64,000 bases of DNA from positions 1 to 64,000 of the forward strand of contig BCKZ01000035.1 of assembly GCA_001600815.1 (NCBI GenBank). Direction: 5' to 3'. This DNA is from Alloascoidea hylecoeti. Taxonomy: Eukaryota. Positions 12,001-27,855 of the stretch are shown piece after piece (position 1 is the stretch's first letter; every line of letters starts with the position of its first letter). Under the pieces are notes generated by a model. It was not told the origin of the DNA. It saw only the letters and a list, made by a program, of their open reading frames with translations, and ran no database searches. A program made the position numbers and the translations under genes.

Positions 12001-12517
12001 AAGGCTTAGAAGTAGTGCCAGATTCAGATTCACTCCAACACCAAGTGGGACTTGAAGCTCCACTATCACATCCGGTTCTATAATCGTTACTATTGAAATA
12101 ATTATTAACCCAATCATACTGGTAATTGATTTGTGAAGCACACTTAAGCCCATTAGAGTTTGTAGTAACACCAGAATCAGTTAAAATATAGCTGAAAGAG
12201 AAAGGATTCTGATCACTATTAGTGATTCCAACATTGTTATTTGAATAAAAGATTTTAGTAACGGGTGATGTTATCTTGTACTCCCAAACGTTAGATAATG
12301 TTGCACTACCAGTATTCGATAAAACAAAAGAATAAGTCAAACTGTAAGATCCACTACTAAGTTTTTCAACATTAGTTAATGTGATTTTACCAGAAGGAGA
12401 GCTTGAACTAGATGAAGAAGTAAGAGTACATGATGGTTGAATCGAATAACTTGCGTCTGCAAAAGCAAATGAAATGAAAAAAGCAAAGAAGAGGAAAAAA
12501 CGAGTGTTTAATTCCAT
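9056..12517 (-). CDS. Flo11-domain GPI-anchored adhesin/flocculin (contains an assembly gap)
   Basis: Signal peptide, one Flo11-like domain, Ser/Thr stalk with Cys-containing repeats (TITSCKDIEITKTVSGSE..TTPACSVS, 279-bp period around 9862/10141), hydrophobic GPI-type C-terminus. The reading frame across the N gap cannot be verified. Confidence 0.85.
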   Translation of the reverse strand: MELNTRFFLFFAFFISFAFADASYSIQPSCTLTSSSSSSSPSGKITLTNVEKLSSGSYSLTYSFVLSNTGSATLSNVWEYKITSPVTKIFYSNNNVGITNSDQNPFSFSYILTDSGVTTNSNGLKCASQINYQYDWVNNYFNSNDYRTGCDSGASSPTWCWSESESGTTSKPSTVGTKTTSTVSIPSTSSVLTIESPSTSYTTTKVHHTSKVSSTTKTKKTTTVSSIYSTVLSSSVASFETTSSVVKSPSTISSSLAATSVSKSSSSILTSSIATLSGSTVTLSVATTPITTPSSLAVTSFSISSSSAITSSIAISSSSGVTSSIASSSTPYSIKPSSKVSYSTCSESIVTETISGIEVVKTTNACSLASSSVPYSVKPSSKVSSFIITTEEITVTSLSTFIDTITSCKDIEITKTVSGSEIIQTTPACSVSTTPVTTYISSTLITSSTVPVSTSIASSSIPQFSSSSEISSFVISSEIGSLSSSSTVISVTSCTDVMITKTVSGSEVVETTPACSVSTAPVTSYVSSTFIVSSTVPVSSGTPVTQASSSVXXXXXXXXXXXXXXXXXXXXXXXXXXXXXXXXXXXXXXXXXXXXXXXXXXXXXXXXXXXXXXXXXXXXXXXXXXXXXXXXXXXXXXXXXXXXXXXXXXXXXXXXXXXXXXXXXXXXXXXXXXXXXXXXXXXXXXXXXXXXXXXXXXXXXXXXXXXXXXXXXXXXXXXXXXXXXXXXXXXXXXXXXXXXXXXXXXXXXXXXXXXXXXXXXXXXXXXXXXXXXXXXXXXXXXXXXXXXXXXSYVITSEVVTITSLSTFIDTITSCKDIEITKTVSGSEVIQTTPACSVSSKPVTSYVSSTLIISSTVPVYVSVATSSAPVSSVPQSAAPSSDISSYVITSEVVTITSLSTFIDTITSCKDIEITKTVSGSEVIQTTPACSVSTTPVTTYVSSTLIISSTVPVLISASVVAITSTSVPISSNTNVTPQVIEVTETSDSKVVVPATSYVSVTNTKTFETTSSATVNTALASIISELATVTSPSTTLGSIKAEYETASSIASAVETPGSTVSVPSSSTFVKCSSSDCQQPSSVEAVEKTSTTSVSAVPSSFSTVATSSIANYGSTSSPSSASPTGTIETSTGGASILSYSSSTLIASILAVGMVFVF
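10148..10862. other. Assembly gap (715 N) within the adhesin repeat array
   Basis: Run of N flanked by repeat units. Confidence 0.99.
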
Positions 12518-15330
12518 TTTGCAATTGCTAAATGAAAACGAGAGTTGGGAATTACTTTGTTAAAGTTAAAGATGTAGAAACTTATTTTCTTTTATATCAT
12601 TTCTTCAAGAAGAAAATTATAATGATTTTTTTCTTTCATCCCTTTTTATGACATCTGCATAATTTACGATAATTATTTATCATATAATTATAATATAATA
12701 GTGAATTTACCACTACACCTACATGTAATAGTGCTGTATATCTGACAATCAAATGTTAACGTTGGCTACACTCTTTTTTATTTGTTATACAATTGACTCT
12801 AAATTTATTATTAGCCTTTAATCATTAATGGCAAATTTTTTTTCAGTTAGCGATTGGTACTGGTAGAAATGCAACTTTGTTAGTAACTTGATAAATAACA
12901 AGGATAAAAAAGTGACATGTTGATTTCAATATAAATTTATGCCTATATAGAATTCGAAGCCTTAGAAGGCGATTGATCAATATTACTGAACCACAGTTAT
13001 CACACAAATAGGGTTTATGTGAATATTCCCAAACCTATCCTCTTATACATGTTTTAAATCATATATGGAATTAATATTAATTCAAAGGTGTTCCAATTGC
13101 CGTTCTCGATCCTGAACTTTTGATCACATATATGCGATTGATCATAAGTAGTTTTGAAGGCGATACACCATAAACTAAGTTTCTGGAGCTACTCAAGTAT
13201 CGATATATACTTTGTTTTCTTACGTGCAAGTGTACAGAGATAGCTCTTATGGATCTCGATATCAATTGTCGAGTTTAACATTAGAATAATTATAAACTAG
13301 AAAGATAACTAGATATCTCAATACATAAATAGTACGACATCTATAATGTTATATGCATAGACCTAATTATAGGTTATGTTCTTAATAATTTAATATGTAT
13401 ATCTCTAGATATAGCCAGAAAAGTCAGATAAATTTTTGAATTCTAAGAAAACTAGATCGTAAACGTATGATCGGATGTATAATTATAACCGGTACTGCAA
13501 ATGTATGCATATGAAATATTCTAGTGTATACTTTTGTAGACTTCATCTAATTATTTGTTCATTAGCTTAAGCTTGGGATATATCGAATTTCTCACACATA
13601 CGGTGTATATATATAATCATCATGATGTGGAGCCAAATACTAGCATATTAGAAGATATTTCAACAACTAATATTAATATTACTTGTATACGCATTAAATA
13701 CTAGGTATGTATACATACATGCATACTATAGAGTCAATCCGAAATTTATGTCAATTGTGTCACTTATTTCAGTTGTAGGTTGCAAAATTATTATCTTGTA
13801 AATATTATAACGTTACATTTTGCAATATATTATTAGCTAGCTATTATTGATTTATAATGCTAAAGCACATCGGACTCTAAGGCGGATCAGTTAGAACTCA
13901 GTAGTGAGGTCATAAGTAATCAGCTATAGTTATTATGAGCAATTATTCTATCTAATTATAACTTTTCTTTATATTCTGAACAGGATACAGAAGAAAAGTG
14001 CTAGCGCTTGTAAAGTTTATAATTACACGTACTATAATTAGTCTAGAGCTAGTCTTTCTAAATCTTTATAATTAATATTATATGTTCGTTATATGTGAAA
14101 CTTAATTGCATATGCCTTAACCGGTACCGAGAGTAGGAAAACATGTAACTTACAGTATTAGCTATATAATATATGATCAAGATATATTATGTGTAATTAA
14201 CGTTTATATATATTGGACTATATATATATCATGATCGTGAAGAAGAACTATATAACTGATACACATTTTTCAATTGCTATCTACTATCTAGATCTATAGG
14301 TTATTTGTATAGATATCGCGAAATTTAAAGAAAAATCTTCACAATGCCTATTATTCCACGATTTTCTCATGTATAAGGATTATTAAGGATTCTCCTACAA
14401 CCAAACTGATTGGTAGGACAAATTCATAATATAGAATAGATTTCTTACTGCCTACAAGTCAATCTTTTATTTTATTGTTCTTAGGAGACCTATATCTAGT
14501 AACTAATAGGCTTGATAATTCAATGCCTAATTAGTAATTACAGAACGTGAATCTCAACATCTACGATAATACAGCTGCAGCTGAATAAGATTCAGTACTC
14601 TAAAAGCCCTAGGACACCACATTTCATAGAGATTTTTTTCATTATATTATTGCATAAAATATGTAATATGTACTCTAATAATTACCTATACCATTATGCT
14701 AATCATATCGCCAGATAATGGCAGATATATATATATATATATATTCCTGGGTTAATAGATTAAAATTCAGATCATGTACCATGTGTTTATTGTTAGCTCA
14801 TTGGTGGTGGCTATAACCAATCAGGTACGTAGTTTCCAGTTTGTTTCCACAACTCTATAGCTATAGGTAAATAATCTATGTAAAGATCTTATAATGTATA
14901 TATCGATGCTTACTTTGATGATTACTCATCATGGGACTAGTAACATTGCAAGCTGGTTGAAATATCTCACGCGTACGAAGTAGTCATAAGGCGCAATAGA
15001 AGAACTTCATCATTGGGAATCGTTAATGGGTAGAACATATACTTTCTGACCTATAGCTATATATACTTGTATAGGTAAAGAATGTTTAAGCTTATAGTTA
15101 ACGTTCTGAACGAGATCAGTAATGATGTCTTAATTAAGGGGATGTATTAATAGAAGCATGAAATTTTATATCTGGATGGTAATCAAGTTAGAAAATTTAA
15201 ACAAAATACCGTAGTTCATCTCCTCCGAAAAGTTTGAAACCGGGCATGCATGCTTCCCTTCTACTTACTACATCAATAGTTTCAAATCAATATTTTGGGG
15301 GGGTGTAGAATCTGTAGATGGTCATTGACA
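12518..15330. promoter_or_regulatory. Long upstream region of adhesin 2, homologous to 1977..4550
   Basis: Same colinear conserved words as listed for 1977..4550; no credible ORF. Confidence 0.75.
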
Positions 15331-15536
15331 ATTTGACATATGTCAATAGACCTTTAAAATTTAAGAAGAATATGTATAAACATCGCTAGAGAAAATTTTA
15401 TTTTAAGTTATATGGTGTAGTCACCGTAGCATCGTAATATTATATGCTTATTTTTATCAATTTTATCGTATTTATTTTATAGATTGCCTACTATTTTCAA
15501 TTGGGCAATATCAATATTAATGGAATCCTATATCGG

Positions 15537-16160
15537 TTAACCCTTAATCTTTAAAATTTCCATAAGTTGTGTAATACTAAAATTGGGTAGAAACAGTTAG
15601 ACAAATATCGTTTTCTTTTTCTTTAGTATATAAGTATAACTTACTCTTCTTGCCTAATATCAATCTTATGCTTTTTAATCAATTGAGCAATAACAGCCAG
15701 CTGTCCCTTGACTTCGGTATCTAACATCATTTTCATCATGGCAAAAGGAGATATAGATTCTGCGTTTGGTTTTAGGAGTGATTTTTTAAGTAACATCTCA
15801 TTAAGAGAATTGATTGCTTCCATAACCTATAGATAAAACATTTTAGTTAATAAACAAAATCAATAGAAAGTTCTATGAATCTTTCTATTTCTCGCTATTT
15901 AAAATAGACAAACCAACTGAATTAAATCGACTTACCTCGGGATTTTTACCGATTGTCTCAACAAACTTCTGTGATCGGATGAGAGCATCAGCATCTTTGT
16001 CCTCAGATGCATACCATCTTCTGATTTGATTCCTGTTAACTAAGAGACTACCGGTATGCCTCGAAATCTTAGGAATGATAGAGCTCCGTAAAGAAACATT
16101 AACACGAGAATGGAGAACCATATATCGACCGGCTTGTCTTAATGCGCTTGCTGTAAACAT
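15537..16160 (-). CDS. Uncharacterised 148-aa protein with probable mitochondrial presequence; 3 exons
   Basis: Exons 16160-15936, 15826-15645 and 15576-15537 join in frame via two GTAAGT...TAG introns (109 and 68 nt). N-terminus is Arg/Ser-rich with no acidic residues up to RRWY-AS; C-terminus IDIRQEDITQLMEILKIKG*. Confidence 0.75.
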
Positions 16161-17026
16161 CCTTCTACTTATTTATTGAAATTGACTGGTTTGAATGTTA
16201 TTTTTTAAATAATGATCCAACAAATGTTAAATTTCAAGTTATATTTCAGTGGAAAATCTGAAACTATTTTGATCCCATAGCCGGGTAAATTATAACTGTC
16301 TGATTTAAGACCTGGCATGCCCACTTTTGCTTTAAGCAAAATCCTGATGGGCCCTAATGTGGCAACGAATAAACCTTGGAACATGTGATCATGGATTGTC
16401 CGGATCCCCAACCACTGCCTCCCAGGTATGAATTGCGAGCAAATCCATCGGATCTCATTCTACGCATTAAAATGAAATTAAAAAAATGCTTATTTCTGGG
16501 AAGACCTTTCCCTGGAATAATAACGCATATATCGAAAAACTCTTATAGTATTTTAGCTCCGACAACATACAGGTTTACTGCATTTTTCACTGTTACTTAT
16601 TACTATTACATGGTGTGTCGAGCCATATTCCAACACATTAGTAACACGTCCATTAACAATCCCTAGCGGAAATTTCATTTCCTTCAACAAGGTCAATTCA
16701 ACTTTTGAGGCCATTCATATAGATCTAAATGAATATATAAGCTTCCTCAATGCATCTTGATTTGCAGATACAGTGTTTCCACTTAATTTCGCTAACTTAA
16801 TGCACTAATGTTCGACTGCGTTAATGGTTAATTATTGATCACCTAGGGTGTATGTCAGACCAACTTCGTTTGAGTTGACATACTTTGAATGTAAATATCA
16901 AACAATTTTGGGTATAGCACTGTCATTTATTCAAATTTATTAAACCAGAATTTATAATAATTAACTTTCATAACCTATACATTATATCTTAATGAAAATT
17001 TCTATATACTTAATTAATATAGTTCT

Positions 17027-20000
17027 TTACTTTTTTAAGCCTCTACCGCCAACAATACTCATTTTTTCTAGTACCTCTTTACTAATACTAACCTCCGGCA
17101 ATTTTCTTGCTCCTGCTTTTGGTGGAGATTCAAGAAATCCAGTGGCAATCAAATAACTAAGATATTGTCCCATCAATTCAACGCTGACACCCTTTCCGGA
17201 ACTTAAATCAATACCCGTCCATTCAGAATCCAATTTTAATGATTTTCTTGCATTTCTATCATCAAGTTCTGGTGCCTTTGTATTTTGTGGTAAATTATCT
17301 AAAACAAAATGTAATAATGGATATAATGCATTATCATTTGCGTCTTCAATAATGTACTTTTCAAGTGAATTTCTCCATGGAACATAATCGGTGGATTCGA
17401 CATTATAACCATAAGTTATCAATGTACCCAGGAATTCGTTGAATCTTAGCCTTGGATGTCCGGTAACATGGACTACCCCAATATCATTGTCTATTGGAGG
17501 GTGGAAAGCTGACGAGGTGACAACTCTTGCAACATGATCAACAGGTACCATATTCACTGTGTTATAAATATCTGGAATCAATCCTAATTGAATACTTCCT
17601 TTAATCATCCTGATAAGATAATCATCTGTATTTGAAAATCCACTTGTAGAATCTCCAGTAACATAACCTGGCCTTATAATCGCACCTCTTAATCCTCGTT
17701 TACCCGCTTCTCGGATAATCCGCTCGGCTGCCCATTTGCTTTGTCCATAGCCGTTGCAGAGATCTTTTGAGGACCCTGAAAGATCATCAGCTTCACTAAT
17801 ACCTGCCTTGCCTTCTTGTAATAAAGAATCAGAAAGACGTACATAATGTTCATTATCAAGCGAGGATGTAGAAGAAACAAAAGCAAAATATTTGTTCTTT
17901 CCTAAAGAAGCAAGATTTAAAATATTTATAGTACCAATAACATTAGGACCTCTTAAAGTACTATATGGGTAGACCCAATGAACCAAAGCTCCATTGTGAA
18001 TAATAACATCAACTTCATCTGCCAATTGTTTCCATTGAGATTCCTCTAATCCAAATTTTGGAGTCTCAATATCTCCAATGAAAGCTTCAACTTTATTATC
18101 TCTGATGGCAGTATTCAGCACATCATAAGTACCATAAGCAATTGAGGTATTTTTAAGACGTTCCAAACCTGCTTCTTTGGTTTTGGCCCTGACATGCGCA
18201 ATAACCTTTATATCTAATGATCTACCAAGAAGGTCTTTCAGTATAAAAGTACCAAGGAAACCGGTAGCTCCAGTGAGGAAAACAGTTATTTTAGTAGAGT
18301 TAGACAATTTCTTTCCTGGTATATAAGTTGGAAGCAATGATGTTTTGATCAACTCTTCAGCATCTTGCGAGTAACTAAGCTCCTTTGATGTTGATTTTTC
18401 ATTTTCATTCAAAGTATTATGATAGTCAATGTTAATTTCATTATCATTATCCCTTTTAGCCTTTTCAATTTCATTTGCAAATCCCGAAATTGTTGGATGA
18501 CTAAAAATAGCACCTAATGGAACATCAACAACCAATTTCTTGCGAACTTCAAAAATCATCCTAGTTGCTAAAATAGAATGTCCTCCTAAATCAAAAAAGG
18601 AATCTTCTGGGGAAATTGTTGCTGGTTTTTGTGGTAAAATATCAAGCCATATATCTCTAATTTTTAATTCCATTGGAGTAAATTTAATTTGTGTATCTTT
18701 TTGTTTATTCTTAACATGTTTTGCAACTGCTGCAAATTGAGCAGTATCAGGGAACGGCAGTTTTGGTTTGTCAACTTTACCATTTGGATTCAATGGAAAT
18801 TTTGATAATGGTACAATAACTGTTGGAACAGCATAAGAAGCAAGACGTTTCTTAAGGTGGTCTCTAATACTCTTAATCAATTTTCTGTATTGTGACATTC
18901 CTTTAACTATTTCATCACTTTCATCATCTGAAATATCAGATACAAATTGATTCAAGTCATCTGAAACTTTTGGAACAATATATGAAGTTAAAACTGGTTC
19001 TTCATCTTTATCTCTTCGAACCAATGTAATATTTTGTCTAACCAATGGATGTTGCGATAAATGGGTATCAATTTCTCCTAATTCTATACGGAATCCACGG
19101 ATTTTGATCTGATCATCTGCTCTTCCTGAACATTCTACTTGGGCATCACAATTATATCTACCTAAATCTCCCGTTCGGTACAAACGATCTCTTGGACCAA
19201 CCCAAAATTCTCTCCATGCTTCTTTCTTATCACTTTTGGCATCAAGTTCGCTCCATTTTTTAGGATCTACATACCAATTTGTTAAAAACTTTTCTTTATT
19301 AAGATCTGGTAAACCTCTATAACCTTCACTGAGACCACCCGCTCTTACATAAATTTCTCCAACTTCTCCAACTCCACAGCTTTGTGATCTATCATTTCTA
19401 TTAACAACAATCAATTGAACATCAAGCATACCTTGGCCTGCAGGCATGATATCTTTTTGCAGCCCCAAAAATGATGAATCTTTAGATCTAGAAGGAATTT
19501 CGTAATAAGATACAGCTCTTTGAGTTTCAGTTGTACCATACATATTAACTATGAATACATTTTCCGCCAATGATTGTAACCTAATACAGTCTCTTTTGGT
19601 TAAAATATCCCCAACAAAAAATGCATGATGTAGTGAAGAAATTTCATGTGTAGCTTGAGCAGACAATAATTGACCCATTGCAGGAGTTAAATGAGTTACT
19701 GTTGCACCATATTGATCCATCCATTCAGCTAAACGTCCTGGTGTTCCAATATCATCTGATGTTGGAACCAATAATTGGGCACCTAAAAATAATGGTGTAA
19801 AGATATCTCTTTGTATTGGATCATGAGCAATACCAGATAACATTGTGAATTTATCTTTTTCACTTAATCCAAAGGTTTTAGCCATCCATGGGAAATAATA
19901 TGTTAATGAAAAATGTCTACCTAAAACTCCCTTTGGAATACCTTCTGAGCCCGAGGTGAAAGAAAGTGTTGGATTACTATCAGGACCAACTAATACACCA

Positions 20001-21274
20001 GTTCCTTTTGATTTCAATGAAATATAAGGAGCCAAGATATCAGCATTGCTAGCAGTCTCTTCATTTCTACCTCCAATGAGTGATCCATCATTGAGAATTT
20101 CCAATGATGGTATTTTAGCGTGGATTTCTGTTTCTTTATTGATAAATTCGACAACAGAAGGAGCTAAAATACCGGCTTTTTTCAATACAATCAAACCTTT
20201 AGGTTTAGCAACACTTAAATAAATTGTCTGTCTTGCAGGTGGATAAGCTGGATCAATAACCGAAAAAGTAGCACCAGCTTTTAAAACTCCCATAACAGCA
20301 ATTACTAAATCAACCCCTCTATATGCATAAATCATAACAATATCACCTCTTTGAATACCAGACTTAACCAAATAATGGCCTACAATATTTGACGATTCGT
20401 TGATTTGTTTATAAGAAAAAACTCTTTTAGATGTATCCTTATCAAAAATATTAGGAGTTTCAACAACACAATCTCTGTTTGGAAATTTGATTGCATTTTC
20501 TGAAAATATATCTTGAATTGGTCCTCTGAATTCATTCCAATGAAGATCAGATGTTGGATCAGGTAATTTAACTTGTAAATCAGTTATCAAATTAATTGAA
20601 CCAATTTTAGTTGACGGATTTTCCGATGATACCTTCAAAATTTGTATAAATTGTTCTGCAAAAACTTGTAACCTTTGTTTTTTAAATAGTAAAGAATTAT
20701 AATGAAATTCGAGGGTTTCTTTTTGACGATCAACAAATATTGCTAAGTCTTTAGTACTACCTTTGATTGTTTCTAATAAACCATTTGGTTTTCCATTAAA
20801 AGAATATTGAACACTCATTTTAAATAACGATGGTGGTTCTGATAATTTCTTTTGTTTTTGAATATATTCCGATACTTGATTAAATGGTATAGAACGAGAT
20901 GTACCTTCTTCAACTGATCTATTAACATTTATTAACAATTCCTTAAATGTTGAAGAGGGGGAGGTATTCAAACGAAGAACAAAAGGTTTTCCATCTGTTG
21001 ATTCTGTTGCAATTACGATATCTTCATCACCCGTAAGTCTATAAACCAATATAGAAATAGCAGTTAACTGAACAGATAATGGAGAACTTCCTTTAGCACT
21101 ATCGACTAATGATAAAATTACCGATTTGATATCATCAGAATACGGTAAACCAAAACTTGATTCAACCACATGGCCATTTAAAGGTCTATTGTAATCGTGA
21201 GGTAAAACCGAAAGTGTTGGAGCATCGAGAATCTTACCCCAGTACTTTAAAGTTTCCAATGATGATTGAGTCAT
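17027..21274 (-). CDS. LYS2: L-2-aminoadipate reductase (A-T-R domains)
   Basis: [27 protein letters not shown] (adenylation); FFDLGGHSI (PCP Ser); [10 protein letters not shown] and GYGQSKW (reductase). Confidence 0.97.
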   Translation of the reverse strand: MTQSSLETLKYWGKILDAPTLSVLPHDYNRPLNGHVVESSFGLPYSDDIKSVILSLVDSAKGSSPLSVQLTAISILVYRLTGDEDIVIATESTDGKPFVLRLNTSPSSTFKELLINVNRSVEEGTSRSIPFNQVSEYIQKQKKLSEPPSLFKMSVQYSFNGKPNGLLETIKGSTKDLAIFVDRQKETLEFHYNSLLFKKQRLQVFAEQFIQILKVSSENPSTKIGSINLITDLQVKLPDPTSDLHWNEFRGPIQDIFSENAIKFPNRDCVVETPNIFDKDTSKRVFSYKQINESSNIVGHYLVKSGIQRGDIVMIYAYRGVDLVIAVMGVLKAGATFSVIDPAYPPARQTIYLSVAKPKGLIVLKKAGILAPSVVEFINKETEIHAKIPSLEILNDGSLIGGRNEETASNADILAPYISLKSKGTGVLVGPDSNPTLSFTSGSEGIPKGVLGRHFSLTYYFPWMAKTFGLSEKDKFTMLSGIAHDPIQRDIFTPLFLGAQLLVPTSDDIGTPGRLAEWMDQYGATVTHLTPAMGQLLSAQATHEISSLHHAFFVGDILTKRDCIRLQSLAENVFIVNMYGTTETQRAVSYYEIPSRSKDSSFLGLQKDIMPAGQGMLDVQLIVVNRNDRSQSCGVGEVGEIYVRAGGLSEGYRGLPDLNKEKFLTNWYVDPKKWSELDAKSDKKEAWREFWVGPRDRLYRTGDLGRYNCDAQVECSGRADDQIKIRGFRIELGEIDTHLSQHPLVRQNITLVRRDKDEEPVLTSYIVPKVSDDLNQFVSDISDDESDEIVKGMSQYRKLIKSIRDHLKKRLASYAVPTVIVPLSKFPLNPNGKVDKPKLPFPDTAQFAAVAKHVKNKQKDTQIKFTPMELKIRDIWLDILPQKPATISPEDSFFDLGGHSILATRMIFEVRKKLVVDVPLGAIFSHPTISGFANEIEKAKRDNDNEINIDYHNTLNENEKSTSKELSYSQDAEELIKTSLLPTYIPGKKLSNSTKITVFLTGATGFLGTFILKDLLGRSLDIKVIAHVRAKTKEAGLERLKNTSIAYGTYDVLNTAIRDNKVEAFIGDIETPKFGLEESQWKQLADEVDVIIHNGALVHWVYPYSTLRGPNVIGTINILNLASLGKNKYFAFVSSTSSLDNEHYVRLSDSLLQEGKAGISEADDLSGSSKDLCNGYGQSKWAAERIIREAGKRGLRGAIIRPGYVTGDSTSGFSNTDDYLIRMIKGSIQLGLIPDIYNTVNMVPVDHVARVVTSSAFHPPIDNDIGVVHVTGHPRLRFNEFLGTLITYGYNVESTDYVPWRNSLEKYIIEDANDNALYPLLHFVLDNLPQNTKAPELDDRNARKSLKLDSEWTGIDLSSGKGVSVELMGQYLSYLIATGFLESPPKAGARKLPEVSISKEVLEKMSIVGGRGLKK

Positions 21275-21672
21275 AACGAACTTATATTATCCAAAGAATA
21301 TTCAATTGCTGAAATAAATCGAAATTAGCAGCTGCCGACAAAATACAGATGAGAAGATTCACCTAAGTAATATAAACGTACCTGGATAAAAGTTTAAAGT
21401 ATTTCAACTTCAGGTTTGAAGAGATCCGAAAGGAAGATCAATTGTAAAGAAGAGTCATTAAGTATCACTTGATCACATGACATGAAATATTCTCTTCCTG
21501 ATTTGGGTCTTTGGATGTATGAACATTTATTATTTGATGATAAAATGAAATTGAAGACCCAATCCAAAAAGAATATTTTACTTTTTAATTAGTTAGATTT
21601 ATTGTCAGTAAATCAAGCTTTACAGTCTCCAAATAACAAGTTTCCAATCATTAATATCACATACTAAATTAT

Positions 21673-21674
21673 AA

Positions 21675-21713
<39 letters not shown>

Positions 21714-21752
21714 ATTAAAATAACAACTTCTAGAATAAAATAACAACTTCTA
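21673..21752. repeat. (AAAT)n microsatellite plus a duplicated aaaataacaacttcta 16-mer
   Basis: Visible directly; lies between the GAL11 stop and the LYS2 promoter. Confidence 0.9.
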
Positions 21753-21979
21753 TTTAAATTTAATCAAAGAAAAATATAACACATATATAATATAACATTG
21801 CCAATTACATAATAAATCAAATCAAAGCAAGATAAGTCAATAACGAAAATATTAATAATAGTATCAAAAACAAAGGAGAAAAAAATATATATTTAATTAA
21901 AAAAATGCAAGTGAAGAGAAAGCAGACGAGGAAGAAAAAACCAAGGTAATCATTAATTGACAATCGGTGGACACCACAA

Positions 21980-26359
<4,380 letters not shown>

Positions 26360-26682
26360 TTCTAAAATAATAAGTGATAGCAAGGAATGGAGAAAAGGGA
26401 GGGAATACAGAATTAATCTACTATAGGCATTGCCTGCGTCATTGCACCCGCATACGGCGCCCTGATTGGCTGTTTTGTTTTACCCGGACTGCTTCCACTG
26501 GCAGTTGCATCTTATGTAACTTTTTGTATTTACTTAGTAAAGTCTATTTTACGACTCTTCTATTGTGGTTAGGCCTAAATACAATTATTGGGAAAGCGAC
26601 CTTTCTCAATCGTCACGTTCTTCAATTTTTTAGAAAAACATCTTTAATCTTCATAGTCAGATTATATAGTGAGGACTTTAAG

Positions 26683-27358
26683 TCACATAGAGATGTGGTG
26701 ATTTCTCCTGTTAATAAATTTCCGACATTCCACCGATTGACATTGCAATGTAATGTCACATTTAATAGTTTCCGATGTGGCATTATGATACCTTAGAATA
26801 AACTCTCCACAATCTGAAGTTATGAATTTATAGGCCCAAATTTTGAAACCTCTATAACCTTTCTGGTTTGAGATTAAAGATAATGAGGTGGCGGAAACCC
26901 CTAAGCTTATGATCATCATAGTTATCAAACACCTTAGTGGTATGAAAAGTCTGAATTTCTCAGGCTTCTTTAAATTCTTGCATAATCTTATTGGTAATTC
27001 TATCATATTCAAAAATATATTTATAACCTGAACCATTCTTAATGAGATTTTTTAAGGAGGATGAATCTTTGCGAATGGGTGCATATTGAATTAATTCTTT
27101 TTTCCTTTCAATTACTGTTGCTAACCAGAGTAAGTATCTTTTGCGATCTGATGGACTTGAAAGAAATTCCCAAAGATGATGAGATTCACTATTCCAACCT
27201 CGAGGGACTCGAGAAATTGTGAGAAGTTCAGATAACGAATTAAGAACCAGATAATTCTTGAAAATGATATTTAAAATTTCCGTTGGAAAGTACTTGACAG
27301 GGTCTACCCTTTCGATTGTTGACTCTAAATCATTAAATCCTTCTCGTTTATTGCTCAT
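26683..27358 (-). pseudogene. F-box protein relic, frameshifted/truncated
   Basis: DPVKYFPTEILNIIFKNYL...LLTISRVPRGW is F-box-like; the reading frame is split over two overlapping short ORFs. Confidence 0.55.
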
Positions 27359-27855
27359 ATTGACTGGTGGTGACGATTCTAGTGATGCGATAAGTGCAAT
27401 TGTCTTCTAATTAAGTCAAAAAATAAAACCAAGTTTGATAGATGCATGTCAGGACCAGATTAGCCTTTCTCATTTTATTTAAAATTTATGTAACCACACT
27501 TTAAACTTTATAAGTTTTATGCCAATGTTTATGTTGAAGGTTGGACAATTCCATTAAGAATAATTTTTATAAGTAAATAGAGATGTAGTATGATAACCAG
27601 ATTCTGAGTGGGTTTTAGGTTTAAAACCATTGATTAACAACTTATAGAGTAGTCTATTTCTCAACTTATCGATTGCATACCCACTATTAATATATATTTT
27701 TGACCTACAGCAATAATTAGATGAAGTTATATAATTGAATTTATAAATATACACACTTAAATTTGATTACTGTTATAATTGAGTGAGAGGGACAAAAGGA
27801 CTGGTACGACGAATACACAGACACGTGTAAATGCCCTATCACCTGTCAATGATAA

